This document shows, in pieces, positions 9,161 to 15,482 of a stretch of DNA of 33,374 nt. The position numbers were made by a program, and so were the translations under genes. The notes below the pieces were generated by a model. It was not told the DNA's origin and made no database searches. It worked only from the letters and a program-made list of their open reading frames with translations. Source of the DNA: Candidatus Uhrbacteria bacterium (GTDB lineage: Bacteria; Patescibacteriota; Patescibacteriia; UBA9934; GWF2-40-263); assembly GCA_016208545.1 (NCBI GenBank), contig JACQXU010000028.1, positions 1-33,374 of the forward strand, given 5' to 3'. Position 1 is the first letter of the stretch. Every line of letters begins with the position of its first letter.

Positions 9161-9342
9161 TATAGACCTCACACTATGAAACAGGACTCGATAAATAGCC
9201 AAAATTGTGCAGAACTTGTTTTTCACATTGAAAAATCCTCACGGTATCTACGGATACCGCTGTGGTTTTTCAATGCTCCAAAACTGCGTCCTGCGCAATT
9301 TTGTCTTATTTCTAAGTTTTGTTTCATAGTGTGAGGTCTATA
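9161..9342. repeat. 182-bp imperfect palindrome (MITE-like) flanked by GGTAT direct repeats
   Basis: TATAGACCTCACACTATGAAACA (9161-9183) is the exact reverse complement of TGTTTCATAGTGTGAGGTCTATA (9320-9342). The arms stay similar up to the centre CGGTATC-TACG-GATACCG. GGTAT occurs at 9156-9160 and at 9343-9347. Confidence 0.8.
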
Positions 9343-9400
9343 GGTATACTCGCTTTTGTTCTTTCGCATATACTTACTACAAACTACCAACTACCAATTT

Positions 9401-10702
9401 ATGCACTACATTGTTGATTGGCACATTCATTCCAAATACTCGCGAGCGTGCTCGAAGCAATTGGAATTGCCAACAATCGCGCAGTGGTGTGCGCGAAAGG
9501 GAATCGACATTGTTACAACTGGTGATTGGACGCATCCAGAGTGGTTTAAGCACATTAAGGAAAGTTTGGTGGAAGAGAGACAGGGGATTTATAGATTAAA
9601 AGGGGCGAGTGGAAATTGGAAAGGGAGAAAGGGAGATATGGGGCAAGTGGTAAGGGAAACAGAATTCATGCTTGTTCAGGAAGTCAGTCAGATTTACAAA
9701 AAAGATGACAAAACTCGGCGAGTGCACAATTTAATTTTTTCGCCATCTATTGAAACGTGTGAAAAAGTTAATGCAAGATTAAACAAACAAGGATTCAATA
9801 TCAAATCCGACGGTCGGCCGATTTTAGGAATTGATTCAGAGGAATTGTACAAACTTCTTAAAGAGATTGATGAAAAAATAATAATTGTTCCAGCCCATGC
9901 TTGGACTCCGTGGTACGCGATTTTCGGAAGTAAATCCGGTTTTGATTCGATTGAAGAATGTTTTGGCGAAATGTCAAAGTATATTTACGCGATCGAAACT
10001 GGTCTTTCTTCAGATCCAGAAATGAATTGGCAGATTTCAGCGCTTGATTCAATTGTTACAATTTCAAACTCTGACGCGCATTCGCCACGAAACTTGGGAC
10101 GTGAAGCAAATGTTTTTGAATTTGATAAGCCACCAACGTTTGACGACTTTGTTTCCATTTTAAAAAATAAAGACTCGACCCATTTCAAATACACAATCGA
10201 ATTTTATCCAGAAGAAGGAAAATATCACTTTGACGGATGTGCGGCATGTAAATTTTCATGCGATCCAGCGCAGTCAAAAAAACTTGGGAACAGATGTCCG
10301 ACTTGTAAACGACCGCTTACACTTGGAGTACATCATCGCGTTGAAGATTTGAAGGATCGAGATGTGGGTTCGGTTTCAAATCGCAAGATTCCGTTTAAAT
10401 CAATTGTTCCACTTGCGGAAATTTTGGCCGAAGTATTTAGTGTCAAATCTGTCAGTTCAAAAAAAGTTGAAGAGGAATACATGAAACTCACTTCAGAACT
10501 CGCTGACGAATTTTCGATTTTACTTGACGTGCCGATTGAAACTATTCGTTCGCATACTAATAATGAAAATATTGCGCTTGCAATTGAAAAAGTCAGAGCT
10601 GGAAAAGTTGAAGTAACGCCGGGTTACGACGGAATTTATGGAACAGTAAAGGTTTTTGGTCAATTTGGCCCCAAACGTCTGAAACAAAAATCACTGTTGT
10701 AA
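9401..10702 (+). CDS. endonuclease Q-like PHP-domain protein with Zn ribbon (COG1379 family)
   Basis: It aligns with Pyrococcus EndoQ along its length: DWHIHSKYSRA, TTGDWTHP, RRVHNLIF, DGRP, PAHAWTPW, SNSDAHSP..LGRE, GKYH, CPTCKRPLTLGV..RV, PLAEI and TPGYDGIYG. ATG 9401 is preferred over TTG 9356. Confidence 0.8.
   Translation: MHYIVDWHIHSKYSRACSKQLELPTIAQWCARKGIDIVTTGDWTHPEWFKHIKESLVEERQGIYRLKGASGNWKGRKGDMGQVVRETEFMLVQEVSQIYKKDDKTRRVHNLIFSPSIETCEKVNARLNKQGFNIKSDGRPILGIDSEELYKLLKEIDEKIIIVPAHAWTPWYAIFGSKSGFDSIEECFGEMSKYIYAIETGLSSDPEMNWQISALDSIVTISNSDAHSPRNLGREANVFEFDKPPTFDDFVSILKNKDSTHFKYTIEFYPEEGKYHFDGCAACKFSCDPAQSKKLGNRCPTCKRPLTLGVHHRVEDLKDRDVGSVSNRKIPFKSIVPLAEILAEVFSVKSVSSKKVEEEYMKLTSELADEFSILLDVPIETIRSHTNNENIALAIEKVRAGKVEVTPGYDGIYGTVKVFGQFGPKRLKQKSLL
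9608..9658 (+). repeat. 7-nt-period purine-rich array translated in frame inside the EndoQ-like gene
   Basis: The array TGGAAAT TGGAAAG GGAGAAA GGGAGAT... encodes ASGNWKGRKGDMGQVVRE. TGGAAATTGGAA also occurs (as reverse complement) in the 23S insertion at 2191-2262. This segment has no counterpart in my recollection of Pyrococcus EndoQ. Confidence 0.45.
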
Positions 10703-10705
10703 TCA

Positions 10706-10741
10706 AAAACTCGCAGGCGCGCCACCTGCGAGTTTTATTTT
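10706..10741. terminator. bidirectional intrinsic terminator between convergent genes
   Basis: AAAACTCGCAGG (10706-10717) pairs with CCTGCGAGTTTT (10725-10736). It has an A run on one side and a T run on the other. Confidence 0.7.
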
Positions 10742-10747
10742 TGAAAA

Positions 10748-10858
10748 CTATTTCTTCTTCTTATGGGACTTACGCTTCTTTGGAGCCGCCTTTCTCTTAT
10801 GAGCTTTCTTCTTTGGAGCCGCTTTCTTCTTGTGAGCTTTCTTTTTCTTTGCTGGCAT
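10748..10858 (-). CDS. 36-aa lysine-rich basic protein (histone-H1-tail-like repeats)
   Basis: The product is MPAKKKKAHKKKAAPKKKAHKRKAAPKKRKSHKKKK. A strong Shine-Dalgarno AAGGAGGTG lies 8 nt upstream of ATG 10858. The longer ORF-track N-terminus has no such signal. Confidence 0.6.
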   Translation of the reverse strand: MPAKKKKAHKKKAAPKKKAHKRKAAPKKRKSHKKKK

Positions 10859-11080
10859 AAATGTGTTCACCTCCTTTGCGGAGTTTAAACGTCGGTTGTA
10901 AAAAATTCCTCCAGACGTTTTATTTAAATTATGAATTACGTGCTCGATCGAGCACTGCAAAAATGTATTGCAGTCTTTTGTCGTCTTGCATGGCGCGATG
11001 CTTGAACGATGTATTTATTATAACAGAAAGAGTTTGTACCGAGTAGTAAATTAAGAAAATTATTTTTTTGTTATTAGATA

Positions 11081-11117
11081 CTTCATAACTCAAAGACTTC
11101 ATGACTCAATGACTTTT
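11081..11117. repeat. 8-nt-period array (GTCATTGA family) immediately after a stop codon
   Basis: The minus-strand reading is GTCATTGA GTCATGAA GTCTTTGA GTTATGAA. ACT recurs every 8 nt at 11088, 11096, 11104 and 11112. Confidence 0.55.
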
Positions 11118-12446
11118 TTACTCTTTCACTTCAACTTCGATTCCGACTCTTGCCCAATCATACAACCATTTCATGTCATTTAGTGAAATGTTTACACAGC
11201 CTCGTGACATTGGGTGGCCGAAGTTGTTGTGCCAATATGCGTAATGTAAATAAATGTGCGGAGCGAATCGCAAGTTGTATGGAACAAGTCCAAGATCATA
11301 ATTTCTAGGATCATTTGGACCGTACGACCATTTGTAGTGTACCTTTGGAATTTTTGCTAAAATTTGATGAATACCAAGTGGTGTTGAATTGTTTTTCCCG
11401 CTTGAAATCAAAAAAGAATTTTCTAAAATTCCGTCGCGATAGGCGTACAATCTTTGCTCTGAAATATCAACTACAATTCGTGTTTTATTTTTTTCATCGA
11501 ACATTGGTTTTGATGGAGCAATGATGAGTTCGTTTTCATTTGCGTTATCGAGATTCGCAGATGCAATTACAAAACTTTGCGCTGAATCATAAATTTTTGT
11601 TTGTTCATTTGTGTCTGCATTGTAGAGAATTGAATTTGAAGTTGATGTGATGAAAAGTTTTTGGTTGTGGATAACTATTGACGCAACACCTGTTGAATTG
11701 ATTGAAATTTGTTTTTCATTTTCTATTTTAACATCATTGTTGAATGAAAAAGTTTTTATGATCGGTGTGTTTGCGTGTTGTTGTGAAACAAAAAGTTTTT
11801 TATTATCAATTGTTCCAACAAGTCCTGTTCGATCGCTTGTATCAAACGCAAAAAATTCTTTTTTAAGTTCAAGTATTCTATCATCAAGATTCCAAATTCG
11901 AACATGCGGACCTCCGCCAGCAGAAGGAAGTGTTACAAGTTCTGCTTGTCCATCACCATTTATATCTCCGCATGCTAGATTTATTCCACCACGAAACGCT
12001 TCATTATAAGCAAACACACCAGAACCAATCGCATTTCCAAAACCATCGAACACTCGAACATGCGGACCTCCGCCTCGTTGTGGAGCTGTTATGATTTCGT
12101 TTGTTCCGTTTCCATCAAGATCGCAAGTTGTAACATTTATTCCAACACTAAGTGTTTCAGTATACGCAAGGAAACTTCCTATTTCAGATCCGTCTTGTCG
12201 CAAAATACGCACTCGCGGTTCAGAATCGAGACCATTCCCCACAATTATTTCTGGGATGCCATCATTTCCCAAATCCGCAACCGCTAGCGAAACACCACCA
12301 GCGGCATTTTTTGTTTGAATCTTAAACGAATTTTTTTGGTTGAAAATTGATATCTCAATTTCTTCTTTATCTTTATGAAATGCTTGTACTGGTTGTGGCG
12401 TGACGACCGAGAAAATAAAAACTATGAGTAGTGCAATACGCAACAT
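11118..12446 (-). CDS. secreted FG-GAP-repeat protein with C-terminal L,D-transpeptidase (YkuD) domain
   Basis: The signal-like N-terminus is MLRIALLIVFIFSVV. FG-GAP-type repeats are ADLGNDGIPEIIVG, CDLDGNGTNEII...GGGPHVRVF and GDINGDGQAELV...GGGPHVRIW. The YkuD catalytic motif is FGHPMSRGCVNISLNDM. ATG 12446 is preferred over 12503. Confidence 0.85.
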   Translation of the reverse strand: MLRIALLIVFIFSVVTPQPVQAFHKDKEEIEISIFNQKNSFKIQTKNAAGGVSLAVADLGNDGIPEIIVGNGLDSEPRVRILRQDGSEIGSFLAYTETLSVGINVTTCDLDGNGTNEIITAPQRGGGPHVRVFDGFGNAIGSGVFAYNEAFRGGINLACGDINGDGQAELVTLPSAGGGPHVRIWNLDDRILELKKEFFAFDTSDRTGLVGTIDNKKLFVSQQHANTPIIKTFSFNNDVKIENEKQISINSTGVASIVIHNQKLFITSTSNSILYNADTNEQTKIYDSAQSFVIASANLDNANENELIIAPSKPMFDEKNKTRIVVDISEQRLYAYRDGILENSFLISSGKNNSTPLGIHQILAKIPKVHYKWSYGPNDPRNYDLGLVPYNLRFAPHIYLHYAYWHNNFGHPMSRGCVNISLNDMKWLYDWARVGIEVEVKE

Positions 12447-12558
12447 ATTGCAACAGTTTATCACATTGACATAAATTTTTATAATGATACTATTCCGACA
12501 CATAAAGAGGTTTTAAACTGGCATGTAGTGCTTTCGTCCGGCTACATGCCTCGCTCGG

Positions 12559-12667
12559 AAATGGCCAACCTAACGGTTTGTCGCTTCATCAAAAATAGCC
12601 GAAGTGAAACTTTGTTTCCCTTCTTCAATTTTTGCTGAAGCGACAGGCCATAATAGCCTTGCCATTT
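12559..12667. repeat. 109-nt hairpin element bracketed by the direct repeat CTCGCTCGG
   Basis: The termini are AAATGGC (12559-12565) and GCCATTT (12661-12667). The inner stem pairs TGTCGCTTCA-T-CAAAAAT with ATTTTTG-C-TGAAGCGACA. CTCGCTCGG occurs at 12550-12558 and 12670-12678. Confidence 0.5.
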
Positions 12668-12678
12668 CACTCGCTCGG

Positions 12679-12890
12679 GGGCCAGTAGCTCAGTTGGTAG
12701 CCCCGCACTACAACAATGAAATAGTACGGCTGGTGGCGGGCCTGTAGCTCAGTTGGCTAGAGCGTCTGCTTTGCAAGCAGAAGGTCAAGGGTTCGAGCCC
12801 CTTCAGGTCCACCATAATCCGTTCTTCTCATTGTTGTAGTGCGGGGTTGCAAGCAGGGGGTCTGGGGTTCGAATCCCCACTTGTCCACCA
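12679..12890 (+). pseudogene. tRNA-Ala-like gene split by a 146-nt insert and lacking about 10 nt (D-stem 3' strand plus anticodon-stem 5' strand)
   Basis: The 5' piece GGGCCAGTAGCTCAGTTGGTAG (12679-12700) and the 3' piece TTGCAAGCAGGGGGTCTGGGGTTCGAATCCCCACTTGTCCACCA (12847-12890) align with tRNA-Ala positions 1-22 and 33-76. This includes G3:U70, the UGC anticodon, the T arm and CCA. No equivalent of AGCGCCTGCT is present. Confidence 0.5.
12738..12814 (+). tRNA. tRNA-Ala(UGC): tRNA-Ala (anticodon UGC), CCA encoded
   Basis: The cloverleaf is: acceptor GGGCCTG/CAGGTCC with G3:U70; D arm GCTC-AGTTGGCTA-GAGC; anticodon arm TCTGC-TTTGCAA-GCAGA; T arm AAGGG-TTCGAGC-CCCTT; then ACCA. Confidence 0.9.
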
Positions 12891-12892
12891 TC

Positions 12893-12925
12893 AAAAATAT
12901 CCGAACAAAGTTCGGATATTTTTGA
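12893..12925 (+). terminator. intrinsic terminator after the tRNA locus
   Basis: AAAAATATCCGAAC-AAA-GTTCGGATATTTTT forms a 14-bp stem that ends in a T run. Confidence 0.75.
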
Positions 12926-12986
12926 ATCTTCGAGTTTGTTTTAATCTAATTATTCACATCTCATGTTATAATATACTAAACAAAGT

Positions 12987-13614
12987 ATGCCGCACATTCA
13001 TTTATCTTCAATTAAACTTGTTGACGGTTTCAAAATTCGCAACACGCTTGATTGAAACAGGTAATCTTTCCGGTCACCATCTTCGTTCGTATTTGAAACA
13101 GAAAATTTTATTACAAGGCCCGATTCCTAAATTTGTTGTTCGAAAAGAAAAACGTCGAAATTTGCGTCTTGTGTTTGTGGATGGCGCAATTATAAGAAAG
13201 TATATGGATCCGGAATTTATTTTAGGAGGACATGATCTTATTTACCCAACTTACATTCCAAAAGGAGAAATTTGGTTGGAAGCGAGCATGAACAAAAAAG
13301 AAATTCCATTTATTTTTGAACATGAATTGTTAGAGCGAACACTCATGTCAAAAGGGAAAAATTATGACATTGCACACGAATACGGAACAAGTATTGAAAA
13401 AGAAACACGGCGGCTCGCAAAAGTTGGATGTTATCCTGGAGACGCAGATTACAAATGGAGACACTTAACAAATGAAGAAATTACTAAAAAATATTATCTT
13501 TCTTGGAGTGAAAAAGCTCCGGAGTCAATGTTATTTTCCGATTTGAAAAGTTTGTTTGGGAGCAACGTGAGTCTGCCTCGTGTGCATGATCACGGATTTT
13601 GGGATCGCAATTAA
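12987..13614 (+). CDS. hypothetical protein; as assembled it needs a +1 shift at 13053 (or starts at TTG 13048)
   Basis: TATAAT at 12967-12972 lies 14 nt before ATG 12987. The ORF MPHIHLSSIKLVDGFKIRNTLD stops at TGA 13053. The long frame continues IETGNLSGHH.... The N-terminal peptide resembles the internal LRLVFVDGAIIRKYMDPEFILGGHD. The ORF-track N-terminus (12847-) is tRNA sequence. Confidence 0.4.
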
Positions 13615-14597
13615 ACCATGTTTTTTGGTTTTTTTCCATTTATAAACATCAATATATTTTCAGCCGCCAAGCGACTCATTTCTTGGCGAGTTTCAAGAGT
13701 TGCTGAAGCTGTGTGAGGTGTTAGCACAACATTGTCCATTTTTTTCAAATCAAGATTATCTTTTGGATTACAGTCAATAAGCGGCTCGCACTCGTAAACA
13801 TCAAGTCCGGCACCAGCGATTTCTTTTTTTGTTAGAGCTTTTACGAGAGCTTTTTCATCAATGATTGGCCCTCGCGCAGTGTTAATGAGAAACGCTGTTT
13901 TTTTCATCATCTTAAATTCTTTTGTGCTTATCAGATGATGTGTGGAAGGTAAAAGCGGAACATGGAGTGACACAAAATCGGATTCTTTTAGCAATTGTTC
14001 GAGCGTTCTAAACTTCGCGCCGGTTTCTTTTTCAAGTTGCGTGTTTCGTTTGACGTCATTGTAAAGAATTTTCATGTTGAATCCGTCGTGGAGTCTGTGA
14101 ACCACCCCGCTTCCTATTCTTCCTGTCCCTACAATGCCGACAGTTTTTTCATAAAAATCAGTTCCGAGCAAAAGTTTTGGTCCCCAAGCTTTGTATTTTC
14201 CAACGCGAGTAAAACGATCTGCTTCACAAATTCGTTTTGCAAGAGCGAACATGAGAGCAATTGTGTGTTCCGCGACTGATTCGGAAATCTGATCGCTTGG
14301 TGTGTTTGTAACGACGATATTTCGTTTTTTTGCTTCCACTAAATCCACGTTATCAAATCCAACAGCGTAATTTGCGATCATTTTGAGTTGAGATCCTGCC
14401 GCATCAAAAACTTCTTTATCTATTTTTTCTGTCAAAATGGATAAAATAATATCTTTGCCTTTGACTCGTTTTAGTAATTCACGACGCGGAATTTGTTCGT
14501 TCTCTTCATAAATTTCAAGTCTAATTCTTTTGTCTGCCTTGAGCAGTTTTATTCCTTCGTCTGGAATTTCATGTGTTACGAAAATTGAATAGATCAT
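13611..14597 (-). CDS. D-isomer-specific 2-hydroxyacid dehydrogenase (glyoxylate/hydroxypyruvate reductase-like)
   Basis: The NAD-binding motif is GIVGTGRIGSGV. Also present are NTARGPIID, GAGLDVYECEP and LTPHTASAT. ATG 14597 is preferred over TTG 14612. Its stop overlaps the stop of the convergent plus-strand gene (TTAA). Confidence 0.85.
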   Translation of the reverse strand: MIYSIFVTHEIPDEGIKLLKADKRIRLEIYEENEQIPRRELLKRVKGKDIILSILTEKIDKEVFDAAGSQLKMIANYAVGFDNVDLVEAKKRNIVVTNTPSDQISESVAEHTIALMFALAKRICEADRFTRVGKYKAWGPKLLLGTDFYEKTVGIVGTGRIGSGVVHRLHDGFNMKILYNDVKRNTQLEKETGAKFRTLEQLLKESDFVSLHVPLLPSTHHLISTKEFKMMKKTAFLINTARGPIIDEKALVKALTKKEIAGAGLDVYECEPLIDCNPKDNLDLKKMDNVVLTPHTASATLETRQEMSRLAAENILMFINGKKPKNMV

Positions 14598-14608
14598 AAT
14601 TTGTGAGT

Positions 14609-15265
14609 TCAAAAATTCAAAATTTCCGGTTTTAATTCTCTAGCCAGTTTTGTAAAAAAAGTTTTTAGCTCATCAAGTGACAATGGAACACGCATACGCG
14701 GAAGTATTTCAATCCGTCGAACCTTTGCTAATTCTCCTCCGAGGAACAGTGGAGAGATTGAAAGTCCAAATTTTTTTTCAGTATCGGATTTTACATCTTG
14801 AAGCGATCGATTTTGGAGAATAAAATATAGATCAACAAAATCTTTTGGTTCAAAGCGATCAATTAGTGCCGCCAGTTTATTAGCTGTGATGTCTCGCAAA
14901 CTATCTACAAAGATTCCTTTTTGTTTTATGTGTTTTTCAAGCTGTAAAAATGGATATGAAGTAAATTCTATTTTTAACTCGTTTTCATTTATATTCAGAA
15001 AAAAAAGTCGCCTGTCATGAATGTGTTCAATTCTCGCCGACTGTATTCCAAAATGTTTGGTAATTTTTTGAATGAATTTTTGTACCAAAATTGTATCAAC
15101 AGCTTCGTCCGTAAAAAAATCGAGATCCTCGGAATCTCGGTGTTGAAGGTAAAATTCCGAGAGCGCTGTTCCTCCTGATAGATAAAAAACATTACGAAGG
15201 CTCACTTCGTTTGCGAATAATTCTAAAACTATCCGTTGTTGATCTGTTAAAATGGTTTGTCCCAT
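14609..15265 (-). CDS. nucleotidyltransferase AbiEii/AbiGii-family toxin-like protein (DUF1814)
   Basis: It has FYLSGGTALSEFYLQHRDSEDLDFF, IEFTSYP, ANKLAALIDRFEPKDFVDLYFIL and a length of 218 aa. All of these are typical of the AbiEii family. Confidence 0.8.
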   Translation of the reverse strand: MGQTILTDQQRIVLELFANEVSLRNVFYLSGGTALSEFYLQHRDSEDLDFFTDEAVDTILVQKFIQKITKHFGIQSARIEHIHDRRLFFLNINENELKIEFTSYPFLQLEKHIKQKGIFVDSLRDITANKLAALIDRFEPKDFVDLYFILQNRSLQDVKSDTEKKFGLSISPLFLGGELAKVRRIEILPRMRVPLSLDELKTFFTKLARELKPEILNF

Positions 15266-15444
15266 AAAAGCAATTCTAGAAATGCCCGTTTGTTTTCCGT
15301 GATATTAAGTTTAGGAAGATATTGTTTCAATAGTTCAGCGTCAAGTTTTCCTTCATTTCCAAAATTAACCTGCCTTTCCAAATACCATACAGGATCAGTC
15401 TTTTTTTGTTTTAGAATGTTTCGTTTAATATAATCCCAAGCCAT
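15247..15444 (-). CDS. 65-aa ORF overlapping the AbiEii-like gene by 19 nt (possible cognate partner)
   Basis: The product is MAWDYIKRNILKQKKTDPVWYLERQVNFGNEGKLDAELLKQYLPKLNITENKRAFLELLLWDKPF. I recognise no domain. The call rests only on position and overlap. The longer ORF-track start would overlap the kinase gene. Confidence 0.4.
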   Translation of the reverse strand: MAWDYIKRNILKQKKTDPVWYLERQVNFGNEGKLDAELLKQYLPKLNITENKRAFLELLLWDKPF

Positions 15445-15482
15445 ATTATTAAATAATAGCAATTTATTTGTCTTTTCGCTAT

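Noticed and set aside
12679-12890. Outer tRNA-like halves joined by a long helix as a tmRNA (alanine identity G3:U70, tRNA-like domain plus long helix)
   Set aside because: The 5' half has a normal tRNA D arm and the 3' half retains the anticodon-loop and variable-loop sequence of tRNA-Ala. The interior is a complete tRNA, with no tag reading frame or pseudoknots.
12847-12986. N-terminal extension of ORF 12847-13614 (MQAGGLGFESPLVHH...)
   Set aside because: It is a translation of the tRNA-like 3' half and the terminator hairpin. It begins at a TTG inside the tRNA sequence.
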